Source: an uncultured virus (IMG/VR IMGVR_UViG_3300008108_000029) (lineage: Duplodnaviria > Heunggongvirae > Uroviricota > Caudoviricetes). From it: a stretch of DNA of 64,000 nucleotides. The translations under genes and the position numbers were made by a program. Where the stretch lies: IMG/VR virus record IMGVR_UViG_3300008108_000029; one strand, 5' to 3'. Positions within the stretch are counted from its first letter, which is position 1; each line of letters starts with the position of its first letter. Below are positions 37,001-47,400 of this stretch, piece after piece. The notes under the pieces are model-generated. The model did no database searches. It had not been told where the DNA came from and worked only from the letters and a program-made list of their open reading frames with translations.

Positions 37001-39101
37001 TGCAAAACCATTATTCATTGAAGATAAATACTGCTTACCAAGAAGAAGAAATTGGACAAAAGAAAAATTATCAACTGAAATAGTAAGATTAGCAAAAAAA
37101 TTCTACGATAACAGAGAGGATGATTACACAACTATTACAGCGTATCACCGTCATCTTTTAGATGATTTTGAAGTTAATTATGAAAGTTACGCAACTACAA
37201 CTCTTGAAAATTTTAGATTATCAAAAGAGCCAATAAGAGATGATTACTCTGCTGAAGAAGATTATAATAACGCTGTTTTAGAATATGAAGAAGCATTATC
37301 AAGAACTATTCAAAGATTAGATAATGATAGAATAACTATTAGCGAAATTTTAAGATACTTTTACCCTGATAGACCTGTTCATATTCCTGACACATATTTA
37401 TTAAGAGGGGCAAATACAAATACTGCTGAAGCAACTACGACTTATAGAGAAGGTAAATTTGTAGGTTATGTTTTTAAAAACACAAGTGTATCAAACAAAT
37501 ACTCAAAAGGGTCTATACATTTAAGATTTGCTTTCATTCAAAAATCACCTGTTACAGCAGAATTAAGTTTAGGAAGATATGAGCATTTGCAATGTTTAAG
37601 ACAAGCAATGCAAAGCACTTATTTTTCACAAACACAAATGGGAACTGATGGTAAAACATTCGGTGAAAGAAATATTGAAAAAGTAAATAAGTGGCAGATT
37701 AATCCTAACGTAAGAGAAATAGTAAGATTTCTTTCAGGAAATTTATTAAGTGGAATTTCTGAAGCAAACTCTATGGATGATATTACAAGATGGAGTTTAG
37801 TTAAATACACTAATGATGATGGCACAGTTTCAACAGGTATCAAATTGTTTTATGCTGATGATGCGTTTAGACCTTTAGTTTTAACTGATGCTCAAGGAAA
37901 CCCTTTGCTTGATAGGATTACTTCAAAGATTAGCGTAGCGATGAATAATGTTGATATAATAGAGTATTTAAAAAATACTCCTATTGATTTTACATTTAAT
38001 TTAGCAGTAAATACTTATGCTTCAAGAAACGTATCTGCTGTTCCTAACGCAAAAGATTTTAATGTTGTCGGACTTATAAAAATTCATAAATGGCAATCTA
38101 TGAATAAGTTATTAGTTTACATATTTCAAGGCACACCAACATCTGTTGGTAGATACAAAGACGAAGCAAGAGATAATGTTTTAAGCAACATACCTTTTAA
38201 AAATTATAGCAACGTAAATAATCCAATTTATTTTGCACCGTTTTTAAATCAATATACTACTTTTCAGCAAAAAACTTACAGAAAAGACGACACAATAAGT
38301 GGATATAAATTAGAGCATAGTTCTTTTAGAGATGGAAGATTATATCCATCGGGTAATGCAAAAGTTTATCTGTTTGACAATATTGATACAACAGCAGGTG
38401 AAAATAGATTAAGAGAATTTCTGTTAAAACTATATAATGAACAAACATTAACTCTTGAATTTCCTCAAGACATAAACGATTATTATAATGTTCCTTTCCA
38501 AAGAGAAACATCAGTAAAAATGAAGTCAGAGGAGAAGAAAGTAGTTAAAGCGTTTGAAGATGGAGATTATAAATATAAGTTAGAGGTTACTTTTGACGAG
38601 AATTATAGAAAATCTCTACCTCCTGAATTTAAAAGTTATGACAACGGATATATCATACTTAATCAGCCGATAGTGCCTCAATGGTCAAATTCTTATCAAA
38701 TGTATCCTTTTGGATTCTCTGATAAAGATACAATGAAGTTGTTTTTGAGTATATTTCAACCTGACGAAAAGGCAAAATTTCTACGAGAATTAGATACTAA
38801 AAAAAATCAGCCACCGATAATGATTGCAGATTATGTTTCTACTGTAACTAAAGATAGTGGTGTTTCAAATTTGAAATTTATATTTGGAGAAAGAAGGTAT
38901 CCTGAAATTGGTCAGTTAGTAAAAACTTTTGCTTCTACTCAAAGTATTGAAGGATTATCTGAAATACAAAAATTAGAACAAGAAATACTTGCTGAAATTG
39001 ATTTAGAAGCAGCACAAGCAATTAAACCAATTAAGAAAACTTTAAAATCTAATACGGCTTTCCAAGATGTAGAAAATTTCTTAAATTATTTATTATTTTA
39101 A
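34044..39101 (+). CDS. Strawberry-notch-like SF2 helicase/ATPase
   Basis: GDMAGMGKGR, FDECH, SSATFAK, EVTGR, SGSTGGSIQS, QKRGRINRTGQ; ATG 34044 is in frame with the 34011 ORF. Confidence 0.88.
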   Translation: MSNPTEQILKQAQKFEGDLSQKNLQKDHEGEIEEIQNCIEDDEEEEGVAKNVGEQDDRVIKYIKTPNFTDCGSANSQLPIGFANEAITFLSKLRSEFDFVDFIKEKLKYNSRVAVCMSFMSEQIDALVLAIKQFESGKALILGDMAGMGKGRVVAGVLRYAYVNKLIPIFITEKENLFSEMYKDMLDIGGFGMRGGNIINPKPLILRPRDNKKIYDEDGNYIRTVFVNALRDDENNEYDTTQPLPAWENKKQGLKSLNRIILENDDFPITNYGSEFEFNCIFLNYDVIGKSKSEVGNKKRYLLRDIAPKSIFVFDECHNATGKSKIGEWSRTYVAEAKGVMFSSATFAKNPESFPLYIIKTSMSEAQIDVTSLEAAIGVGGENVSEYISSVLVKEGQMIRRDRDFSGCTVGTIYDGYNIRNPIEKERRKDEIYRIFNSCVKQFADVYNYSKQPAFKEAINFAISRLSQQLADDEGMEMADSIVVNGVVRSYNDLKVGNADEDDELRSERASYIRQNRNKWVLERFEINTLKPNTKFHFSENLLNAIKTKFVAESIVEELKRQVEYTNVDGTKQITNRKPVIALRGTAENAIDRIINSGIAEDLMENDFSLYLRAIVSGVKVGKATYRKVNNDLFAKKSDLREVDREHIEEVRMYEILDEDLPDNGQVLNNLLEQVNSFNSEMPLSPIDYIIDTIESTQRELWDLRYNFTSRTKYKVNEVTGRNYALKKQDDGMWLYTSNDRVRSVKTAFNMFNSGTADVLIINSSGSTGGSIQSSEKFKDKRQRVMFITQVELDINTEVQKRGRINRTGQVNYPAYIYVLSQVPSEIRKFLSLARKLRKLDANVSANQTQNSNILQLCDKNGRKIEDFFNTYGEEAFKIFLDNDDNDEYRDIYARMLSRSQTSLTEEYTQEGENTKALLQPYTRELEIETCDIQEFFYDSMNTIYKDVVKQHKNNNTFQLELEVEDLKASLRTRFVKSLNNGNSEFAKPLFIEDKYCLPRRRNWTKEKLSTEIVRLAKKFYDNREDDYTTITAYHRHLLDDFEVNYESYATTTLENFRLSKEPIRDDYSAEEDYNNAVLEYEEALSRTIQRLDNDRITISEILRYFYPDRPVHIPDTYLLRGANTNTAEATTTYREGKFVGYVFKNTSVSNKYSKGSIHLRFAFIQKSPVTAELSLGRYEHLQCLRQAMQSTYFSQTQMGTDGKTFGERNIEKVNKWQINPNVREIVRFLSGNLLSGISEANSMDDITRWSLVKYTNDDGTVSTGIKLFYADDAFRPLVLTDAQGNPLLDRITSKISVAMNNVDIIEYLKNTPIDFTFNLAVNTYASRNVSAVPNAKDFNVVGLIKIHKWQSMNKLLVYIFQGTPTSVGRYKDEARDNVLSNIPFKNYSNVNNPIYFAPFLNQYTTFQQKTYRKDDTISGYKLEHSSFRDGRLYPSGNAKVYLFDNIDTTAGENRLREFLLKLYNEQTLTLEFPQDINDYYNVPFQRETSVKMKSEEKKVVKAFEDGDYKYKLEVTFDENYRKSLPPEFKSYDNGYIILNQPIVPQWSNSYQMYPFGFSDKDTMKLFLSIFQPDEKAKFLRELDTKKNQPPIMIADYVSTVTKDSGVSNLKFIFGERRYPEIGQLVKTFASTQSIEGLSEIQKLEQEILAEIDLEAAQAIKPIKKTLKSNTAFQDVENFLNYLLF

Positions 39102-39116
39102 AAAAAAACATAAAAA

Positions 39117-40547
39117 ATGAATGAGCAGTTAATAAATGAAATAGCAAACAGATTAAGGATAGATATTCTATCAAACAAGAATTTTTTGGCATCTTTACTA
39201 AAAGATTTTAAAATTAAATTTGAACAATTAGAACCCGAAACAATTAATCAATTAATATACATTATGGCACAAAAAACAGACAAGCAACCACCAATACCAA
39301 AATCAAACTTCAAATTAAGTGCGAGTAAGGATTATGTTGTTACAATATTGGAGGACATCCCACAGTTAAATTTTAAGAAAGAACAAACTATTGAAATACC
39401 ATATATTAAAAACGATATTTCTATTACAAGAGATAAAGATAAGTTAAATGTATCAAGTCCAAGTGGTAGTTTCGTTTTAGAGTTAGGTAAAGAATATAAA
39501 GAGTTTCAACCTTGCAGAAAACCAATTTCTATTGCTCAAGGAGATGACTTGAACTCACAAATTGTTTCTGATATATTAGTAGGTAACAATGTTTACTTAT
39601 ATGGTAAGGCAGGAACAGGTAAAACATATTTAGCAGAAGCCATTGCTGAATGTATATTAAGACAAGAAGTTTTTGTTATACCTTGTTCACAATGGACATC
39701 ACCTATTGACATCAAAGGTGGTCAAACTATCAAAGGTTACAGAGAAGGATTACTTGTAGAAGCGTGGGCAAGAGGTGGAATTTTGATTCTTGATGAGTTA
39801 CCAAAATTAGACCCTAATACAGCAGGTTTATTAAATCAGGCATTAGCCGAAACTGCTGCACAGCCAAGATATGATGAAAACGGAAATATTATAGAATCAA
39901 CAATTCCATATATCACAAATGGTCGTGGCGATAAAATTTATAAAGGTCAATGGGCAAAGTATGATGATGGAACATACAAAGATAACGCATTTAAGTTTGG
40001 TGTTATTGGAACGGGAAATACAGATATGAAAACTGTTGCTAATCAGTATAGTGGAAATCAAAGACAGGATTATTCTTTGGTGGACAGATTTGCAGGTTCT
40101 TATTATGAAATCGGATATAGTCAAGAAAAAGAAATTTCATTAACGTATAACTATGTTTATAGTGTTGCATCTGCAATCAGAAAGTATTTAGATACACAAA
40201 CAGACGTAGTTGAGAGTATTAGTTTGAGAACTATGCTGAACTTTAATAGAACTTATGAGCAAGAGCAATTATATAATTTGCAAAGTCCTTATGCTGATAA
40301 AATTTATGACAATAACGGGAATGAAGTATCGCCAAAAACATTTAGAAATTCAATAAAGAGTTTTATTGATACATTATCTCCAACTAAAGCAACTGATTTA
40401 AGAAATAAAGATTATTTTCAATCTGCTTTGGCTAATGAACCTGATGTTTCTCAATTCAGAATAGAATTTATTAGAAAATATGGTAAAGACCCAATAACAA
40501 AACAAGATGCAATGCTTAATGATAGAAATGAAATAATCTATATCTAA
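39117..40547 (+). CDS. MoxR/CbbQ/CobS-like AAA+ ATPase
   Basis: GKAGTGKT, LILDE, GTGNT...YSGNQRQDYSLVDRF, ISLR. Confidence 0.88.
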   Translation: MNEQLINEIANRLRIDILSNKNFLASLLKDFKIKFEQLEPETINQLIYIMAQKTDKQPPIPKSNFKLSASKDYVVTILEDIPQLNFKKEQTIEIPYIKNDISITRDKDKLNVSSPSGSFVLELGKEYKEFQPCRKPISIAQGDDLNSQIVSDILVGNNVYLYGKAGTGKTYLAEAIAECILRQEVFVIPCSQWTSPIDIKGGQTIKGYREGLLVEAWARGGILILDELPKLDPNTAGLLNQALAETAAQPRYDENGNIIESTIPYITNGRGDKIYKGQWAKYDDGTYKDNAFKFGVIGTGNTDMKTVANQYSGNQRQDYSLVDRFAGSYYEIGYSQEKEISLTYNYVYSVASAIRKYLDTQTDVVESISLRTMLNFNRTYEQEQLYNLQSPYADKIYDNNGNEVSPKTFRNSIKSFIDTLSPTKATDLRNKDYFQSALANEPDVSQFRIEFIRKYGKDPITKQDAMLNDRNEIIYI

Positions 40548-40550
40548 AAA

Positions 40551-41903
40551 ATGAGTGCTATACAAATAACAGGTCAATCAAGTAGGTTATCAAGTTTTCA
40601 AGATTTTAGTTTTCAATGCTTTAGTAGTGTTGAGGAGTTTATTGAATATTCTGAATTAGTAAAATCTCAAGGTAATTCAACATTATTAGATTTTTTACAA
40701 AGGGACAGAAATTCAATAGATGAATATTTACAGAGAAATCAAAATAACCCAAATAATCAATATGGACTTCGTGGAACTACGAAAGCACCTAAATCTTATT
40801 TGGACGCACTAAATAGAGATAAATTTGTTTATAAAGAAGAATACGAAAAAGCAAAAGAGCAATGCAAAAAACTAATTGATAAAGCATTAGAAAAAAGTTC
40901 ACTTGCAGAAGCAATGAAAAGTAAAATGATTTTTACTGAAAGAGAGTTGGGTGAATTTATATATCAAAGAGCAGCGATGGCTTTGAATCTTAATCTTTAT
41001 TATTATTCTTTTATTCATAATAAAAAGTTAGAGCAAGAAGAAGTAATATTCTTAAAAGATGGCGACAAAGAAGTGTTTAAGTATGTAAAAGATTCAAGTC
41101 CTGTTTTTTTATGTGTTAGGGTATCTTATCCATTAGTTAAGTCAGAGAACCAAGATGAAAATGAGTTAGAGGAAAATAATTCAAGAGAGGAATATGTAAA
41201 ATCAGATGATTTATCAGACGAACTGCTTGATAAAATTTCAAAAGAAGGTGGTGTTATTGATACATATTCTGATGTTAAAAAAGTTTATCAATACAAAGAA
41301 AAACAACCAAGAGTAAAAAACGCTGTTAAGATTATTATGGCAACATCTGTTGGTGGATTTACAAGAACAAGTGTATGGGGAGATTTTTATACAGGCGTTG
41401 CTGCTGCTTTAGTTACTGAATATCTTGAAGCAAGAGATTATAGTGTTGAGATTGAAATGATATTAGGTGGAGGCAGATGCACAGGATGTAGGAGTGCAGG
41501 TTATTATCTAAACACGCCTACAAGATACGGTAGAAGATATTTAGGAATTACTGTAAAAAAGTTTGATGAACAATTAGACCTTGATAGTTTACTTTATTGG
41601 GTGGCAGACCCAAGTGCATTGAAAATTAAATTATTACAATATTTTAATTTATTTCATTGGCTATATGGAGATAGAATGACAAATGCACAATCTTATTGGC
41701 ACGGAATAAATGAAGCAGATATTGTATGTCCAATCGGAACATTCTATAAACAGAAAGATTTTAAAAAGGGACTTAAAGATTTGATATATTTTTCAGTAAT
41801 AAGCGTTGATGGAATAGCAGGTGTTGCTAATGCTATTTTAAAAATCGTTTTAGAATCAGAAAATATCAATTTCCAAATTAACCAAAGAGCAAACCTATCA
41901 TAA
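40551..41903 (+). CDS. vWA-like partner of the MoxR ATPase
   Basis: Directly after the AAA gene; G.AAAL..EYLE...YSVEI...ITVK..DE.LD...L.Y..A.PS. Confidence 0.6.
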   Translation: MSAIQITGQSSRLSSFQDFSFQCFSSVEEFIEYSELVKSQGNSTLLDFLQRDRNSIDEYLQRNQNNPNNQYGLRGTTKAPKSYLDALNRDKFVYKEEYEKAKEQCKKLIDKALEKSSLAEAMKSKMIFTERELGEFIYQRAAMALNLNLYYYSFIHNKKLEQEEVIFLKDGDKEVFKYVKDSSPVFLCVRVSYPLVKSENQDENELEENNSREEYVKSDDLSDELLDKISKEGGVIDTYSDVKKVYQYKEKQPRVKNAVKIIMATSVGGFTRTSVWGDFYTGVAAALVTEYLEARDYSVEIEMILGGGRCTGCRSAGYYLNTPTRYGRRYLGITVKKFDEQLDLDSLLYWVADPSALKIKLLQYFNLFHWLYGDRMTNAQSYWHGINEADIVCPIGTFYKQKDFKKGLKDLIYFSVISVDGIAGVANAILKIVLESENINFQINQRANLS

Positions 41904-41933
41904 AATATAAACACACAACCAAAAAAACCAACT

Positions 41934-42239
41934 ATGACAAACGAAGTATTAAAGAAAATTACACAAAAGGCAAAAGCATTTGATTTTGAAGTTAGCAGAA
42001 ACTATCATCCACAAAAAAGAACTCCAATAGTATATCAGCAAGAAATTTGCTCTTTAAGTGGATATGAGGATAATTTTTTTCTAATTCACGAAAACGTAAT
42101 TTTAGAATCTACAATTAAAGATTCAAGTTATGAAATTTTTGAGTTTGATAAAAACGGTAACTATATAGGTAGATGCAATCTTGAAGATTTACCCGAAGAT
42201 TTTTTTAGAAACAAAAAAACAATTATGTTGTTAAAATGA
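41934..42239 (+). CDS. Hypothetical protein
   Basis: 101-aa ORF. Confidence 0.6.
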   Translation: MTNEVLKKITQKAKAFDFEVSRNYHPQKRTPIVYQQEICSLSGYEDNFFLIHENVILESTIKDSSYEIFEFDKNGNYIGRCNLEDLPEDFFRNKKTIMLLK

Positions 42240-44356
42240 AAGTAACAATACAAGATTTAAAATCTTATAACATATACGATTATTTACCTGAACTCTTTAA
42301 AAATCTTAAAGATGGTGAAAACTATTGCTTTTATTATGGTTCAGATTATGATAACGCAAAAATTATTATAATAAAGGATTTTATTGCTTTAAAACTAAAC
42401 TCATCTTTGTATAAAGACGTTTATAACATGATTACTGAATATGGCGATGCAGACATATTTTTGGGTTATTTTAGAAATGAAATAGAAACAAGAGATGGAT
42501 TATTTTATTTGTTCTTGAGGAAATACGTTCCTGAAAATATATTGAATGATTTTTATGCAATTTGTAGTGAAGCAGATAAGAGAACAGAAGTCGCTGTTTC
42601 AAATAATGCAGCAATACAAATAATAGGAAAAGAAAATTTCACAAGTGCTTTGGCTTATTTTGCCCAAAGCGATAAAATAAATTTAATTGGTTCTATATAC
42701 GACACAGTAGATGCTTACCTTTTAAGTAAAAACAAAAAAAGTTTATACGGAACAAGAATTAAAAGAGTTGTTCAGTTGGTTAAGCATAATGCAGGAGTTC
42801 TTTTAGATGAGCAGGGAAGTGTTAGATACATGATTATTGGAAAAAATGCACAACTTACACAAACTGAAAGAGAAAATTTAGATAAAGCAAATTTGCTATT
42901 AAGGAGTTTATATAAAGTTGAAGATATTTATACTCAAACGGGTTGGTTCTTTAGCGTAGAAGATGGTTATTGGAAAACTAATTTATCTGATTTTGAAGCG
43001 AGATTAGATGAAACAAAAATGATTGAGATAAACGGACTTAAATTTTATAGACCATCAAATTGCCCAATAAGTGATGTTGATTTAGCGACTAACATTTCAA
43101 ATCCTAATTATTTATTTAGAAATGGATACAACGGAGTTTTATCTGATGTTTTAAAGCACGATAAATTGTATGAGGCATATCCTGAATTAGCAAATTTTTC
43201 TTTGATATACGCTTATGGAAATTTAAACAGATTCTATAAGTCAGATGGTTATGGTGGATACATAAACATAAACGGAAGCCCTGACAAAAATAATATATTG
43301 AGTATTTTACTTCACGAAACGCAACACGCTGTTCAAGGGATAGAAAATTTTGCGACAGGAGGTAATAAATATTTGGCAAGATTTGTAATTGCTATGGGGG
43401 GAAGTAAGATTAGAAAAACTTTTGCTCTTATTGATAACTTCACAAAATTTCTTTTTTTAAATATCAATGTTGATTTTTATAACAATTTTAAAAACGCTGT
43501 AAATTCAATACAGGCGAATAGTTCATCTCAAGTATATCTTAAAAAAGAGTTAGAAAAGGTTATAATTTCGTATGAAATTTATTCTGCAAATATTAAAGAT
43601 GTTGGATTCTATTTGTTTTTATTAATTGCTGAAGTAGGTGTCTTTAATGAAGGTGCTATGATAGAGTTTTTAGATAGAGAATATGGATTTGAAATATATG
43701 ACTTGCTTGAAAATTTGAAAGAAGCAGTTGATGCAGAAAAGCCATTAAGACAATTATTGAAAAATGAAGGGTTAAGTGATAATGACATAAATATTTATGT
43801 TTTCAATTCATATCAAAATCTATTAGGGGAACAAGAAGCGAGAGGAACTCAACACGGAATGAAAATACCTGCGAATTTAACTAACTACTTTTTTTATAAT
43901 GGTTGGGAAAATTCACCTAATAAATCAATAGCAGTTATTGGGGGTAATTATGTAGTTACAGATGTGTCTGACATACACGGTGCTTGTGAGTTAGGAAATG
44001 ATGGAAGATATATTCTTCATTTCACAAAAAGTGTTTCATCTGAACCATTTATTCACGAACTTGGACATATTGTTCACGATATTCTTGTAGAAGAAGGATT
44101 TGGAGATGTAATACGCAGAGAATATGATTCTGAATTAACAAGCGATAGTTATGAGGAATATTTTGTTAATGTGTTTTTGGGATATATATTTGAAAATTAC
44201 AATAATTCATTTATTCGTAATGACTTTTTATTAAGCACAGGAAGAAAAACAAATAAAAATATATTTACAATCTTATCAAACATATTCAACCCATTACCAA
44301 GTGATTTTCAGATTGTAAAGAGTTATATTGATGAATTATTAAATTTAGTTGAATAA
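42236..44356 (+). CDS. LPD23-like polyvalent protein with two zincin motifs
   Basis: TGWF...DG.WK...SD; L.H..LY.AYPEL; HETQHAVQ..E.FA.GG; Y..L.GE.EAR; HELGH. Confidence 0.78.
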   Translation: MKVTIQDLKSYNIYDYLPELFKNLKDGENYCFYYGSDYDNAKIIIIKDFIALKLNSSLYKDVYNMITEYGDADIFLGYFRNEIETRDGLFYLFLRKYVPENILNDFYAICSEADKRTEVAVSNNAAIQIIGKENFTSALAYFAQSDKINLIGSIYDTVDAYLLSKNKKSLYGTRIKRVVQLVKHNAGVLLDEQGSVRYMIIGKNAQLTQTERENLDKANLLLRSLYKVEDIYTQTGWFFSVEDGYWKTNLSDFEARLDETKMIEINGLKFYRPSNCPISDVDLATNISNPNYLFRNGYNGVLSDVLKHDKLYEAYPELANFSLIYAYGNLNRFYKSDGYGGYININGSPDKNNILSILLHETQHAVQGIENFATGGNKYLARFVIAMGGSKIRKTFALIDNFTKFLFLNINVDFYNNFKNAVNSIQANSSSQVYLKKELEKVIISYEIYSANIKDVGFYLFLLIAEVGVFNEGAMIEFLDREYGFEIYDLLENLKEAVDAEKPLRQLLKNEGLSDNDINIYVFNSYQNLLGEQEARGTQHGMKIPANLTNYFFYNGWENSPNKSIAVIGGNYVVTDVSDIHGACELGNDGRYILHFTKSVSSEPFIHELGHIVHDILVEEGFGDVIRREYDSELTSDSYEEYFVNVFLGYIFENYNNSFIRNDFLLSTGRKTNKNIFTILSNIFNPLPSDFQIVKSYIDELLNLVE

Positions 44357-45769
44357 TGGATGCTGCTAATATAAGAAGAATAGTTAATTTCTATTTTGAG
44401 TTAAAAAATAAAGACGTAAAATTCAAAGACGTAGAACCTTGTTTTGTAGAGGGCAATGATAACCTTGCTATATTATGGACTACACAGACGTTTGCAGGAG
44501 CAGGAGGCGAAACCGAAAACCCTGAACCTATTAAGATTCCTATTGGAACAGGCGAAGGAGGTGAAGGTGGGGAAAGAGGTGAAGGAGAAAGTGGAGAAGG
44601 AGAAGGTCAAGGAGAAGGTGGTAGAGGAGAAGGTGGTGGTGAAGGTCAAGGTGAAGGAGGAGGAGAAGGTGGCGAAGGAGGTGAAGGTGGCGAAGGTGGA
44701 AGGAGGTGAAGGTGGCGAAGGAGGTGAAGGTGGCGAAGGAGGTGAAGGACACGGAGAAGGCGATGGAGGCGGTGAAGGTGGCGAAGGTGGCGAAGGAGGA
44801 GAAGGTGGTGAAGGAGGAGAAGGTGGTGAAGGAGGCGAAGGTGGTGAAGGAGATGAAGATGAAGAAATACGCTATAAAATGAAATTTCCTTTTATTGCAG
44901 AATTAATTTACGGAGTAAAGTTTTGTAATACGACATCAGAAAGTGATGCTCAACAAATAAGAGATAAATTATTTGTTGGTATGGGAGTTTTAGTTTGTAG
45001 CAGATTGATTTCCGAATCATTAACCGTTGGTGAAAATATCACAAGTGCTAAAAAACAAACATATATAAAAATATTTGAGGGTCTTAATCTGTTATACGGA
45101 ATGAGAGATAAATATAATAGTGATGGATACTTTGTTATAGACGGGCTTGATGGCTTACCTATAAATGATACATCTGTTATAAATGTTAGCGACATATCTC
45201 CTGAAACTTTGGCTGAAATAAGATTGTTGATTATGACAGACAAATTAATGGATAAAACCATTCCTTTGATGACAGCATTGAATCCTAACTATTTCAATAA
45301 TAATCAGACGAACAATTTATTGAACTTTTTGTTCAATTACTTTAATGAATCTGAAAATCTAATGATATGCAATACTTACAGAGATGGAGCATTGCCTTCA
45401 AGTTGGGGAATGGTAACAAAGTTACAAACAGCACCTAAAAATTATGTTTATAACTATTTCAAATATAAACTTGTTGTAGAAACTTCTGATTCAGGAACTT
45501 ATAGTCAAAGATATAAAAGAAGTAGATTCTTTAATAGGGTTAAATTGGTTCGTGTTATAGATGAAAAAGTAGAGTTTACCCTTGACTATCAAAACACAGG
45601 AGAGGAACTGTATAATTTTTCAACTATTGTAATTCTAAACTTCCTTTCAAGCAATACGCAAGAAATTGAAAATCAAAATTCAAACTATAAAGTAGTCAAA
45701 AATTTAGTATATGATTCTGCGACAAGTGTTTTTAAGGAAAGCATTGAATATATTGAAAGATATTTGTAA
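44356..45769 (+). CDS. Gly/Glu-rich linker protein split by an apparent frameshift near 44699
   Basis: The GGE repeat of ORF 44356-44709 continues in the frame of ORF 44456-45769. Confidence 0.7.
44551..44852 (+). repeat. Low-complexity (GGN GGN GAA)n repeat encoding (GGE)n
   Basis: Direct reading. Confidence 0.95.
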
Positions 45770-45806
45770 TTAAAAAAAAATAATTAAATTTGAAAAATAA
45801 ATCAAG

Positions 45807-46328
45807 ATGGCGTATTCATATTTTACAAAAAAGTTACTTGCAAGTCAAATAGATTTGTCAAGTATTTTTGCTGACAAACAAGATGCAGCAAAATCAAAAT
45901 TAAACACAAACTACTCACTACCACAGATAGTAGATTGGGTTAAAGAAAATACTAATGATTTCAAAAGGTCAATCAATGAATTTATTGATTTAGACGTTGC
46001 TATCAAAAGATTAGTTTTTAAATACTACGAGAAAACTAATCAAAAAAATCCTTTTACGGAAGAAGTTGTAGAGGTTGAAGAAATACAGCAAACAAGAGTT
46101 CCTACTGAAGTTACTCCGACAGGTATTAAAGCAGGAAAACCTGATGTGTCTGTTAGACCTGAAATAGAATCTCCTGTTACTGCATCGGTAGTTAATCAAG
46201 TTGAAGAAGAAATTAATTCAATTAGAGATGCTATTGAATATCTTAAAGATGAAGCAGATTCAGGTGATGAAGATGCAATAGCAGCGTTAGAATACTTACA
46301 AGATGAATTAAAGTCATTAACAAATTAA
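45807..46328 (+). CDS. Hypothetical protein
   Basis: 173 aa; TAAATTTG at 45785-45792. Confidence 0.75.
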   Translation: MAYSYFTKKLLASQIDLSSIFADKQDAAKSKLNTNYSLPQIVDWVKENTNDFKRSINEFIDLDVAIKRLVFKYYEKTNQKNPFTEEVVEVEEIQQTRVPTEVTPTGIKAGKPDVSVRPEIESPVTASVVNQVEEEINSIRDAIEYLKDEADSGDEDAIAALEYLQDELKSLTN

Positions 46329-46338
46329 TAAAAAAACA

Positions 46339-47358
46339 ATGAATTTAGATGAATTAAAAGCAGCACTTGCAAGAGAGGAAAAAGCATTAGCCAATCCAAA
46401 ACTTGCAGCACTTATGGGTGATAAAATCCAAAGTAAAATTGACAATTTAAAAAAACAAATTGAAGATTTACAAAATACAACTGAAAAAAAAGTTGAAGAA
46501 GCCGAAAAAAAAGTTGAAGAAGCAAAGCAAGAAGTAAAAGCAGCAGAAACACCTGCTGAAAAAAAAACTGCTGAAACAGATTTAAAAGAGGCAAAGAAAG
46601 ATGTAACAGAAGCAAAGAAAGAAGAAAAACAAGTGGAGCAAGTTGCTAAAAAAGTTGAAGAAGCCGAAAAAAAAGTTGAAAAGGTTATTCAAAGAGGTGG
46701 AACAAGAGAAGGTGCAGGTCGTCCAAAAATTGAAAGAATGGAAAGACCAAAAGGAACTTGGGGAGGAACAAGAGGTGGTGCAGGTAGAAAAAGAGAAGAA
46801 CCAAAAGTAGAAGCACCAAAAAGAAAGAAAACAAAAATGACAAAACCGAAAGGTCTTGATGTTAAACCTATTGAACGTAAAAAAGTTGATAGAGATGTGA
46901 GAATGGTTAGAGATGCAAATAAAACTGCGAGAATTAAAAGAGATATTGCAAAAGCAGAAAAGGTAAAAACAGTAAGAGCATTTGGTCAGACAGTAAAATA
47001 TAAAAATGATGCTGAATTTTGTAAGCAATTAATTAATGCTTTCAAGAAACGTAGAAAGGCATCTAAAAAAGAAGGAAAGAGAAGAAAGACAAGACCTGTT
47101 TTCGGGGTTATCGTTGATGGAACTAAAAATGTTGTAAGCAAAGCATTACATAGCGTTTCTGAAAAAGAAATCCAAAAGAATCCAAAATTATTCCTTGCAA
47201 AAGCACAACGTCTTGAAAAATCTGCAATCAGATTCCTTGAAGATTTCAAAGCAATTCTTGGTAGTGATTTTAAAAAGTCAGAAATCACTTCTGAATTTGG
47301 AGAATTAGAAAAACAAATCAAGTCATTTGTTAGTAGGATAGCAAAGAAAGCGAAATAA
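46339..47358 (+). CDS. Coiled-coil, Lys-rich putative DNA-binding protein
   Basis: KKVEEAEKKVE repeated; GGTREGAGRPK and GGTRGGAGRKR. Confidence 0.7.
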   Translation: MNLDELKAALAREEKALANPKLAALMGDKIQSKIDNLKKQIEDLQNTTEKKVEEAEKKVEEAKQEVKAAETPAEKKTAETDLKEAKKDVTEAKKEEKQVEQVAKKVEEAEKKVEKVIQRGGTREGAGRPKIERMERPKGTWGGTRGGAGRKREEPKVEAPKRKKTKMTKPKGLDVKPIERKKVDRDVRMVRDANKTARIKRDIAKAEKVKTVRAFGQTVKYKNDAEFCKQLINAFKKRRKASKKEGKRRKTRPVFGVIVDGTKNVVSKALHSVSEKEIQKNPKLFLAKAQRLEKSAIRFLEDFKAILGSDFKKSEITSEFGELEKQIKSFVSRIAKKAK

Positions 47359-47400
47359 AAATAACAATAAACTAAAACCAAAAACCAAAAACTAAACACT

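Noticed and set aside
43348..43363. FATGG in the LPD23 protein as another xxGG site
   Set aside because: It is part of the conserved HExxH..Q..E.F..GG metallopeptidase motif, not a linker.
44456..44699. KVKE-rich N-terminus of ORF 44456
   Set aside because: Out-of-frame reading of the GGE repeat before the frameshift.
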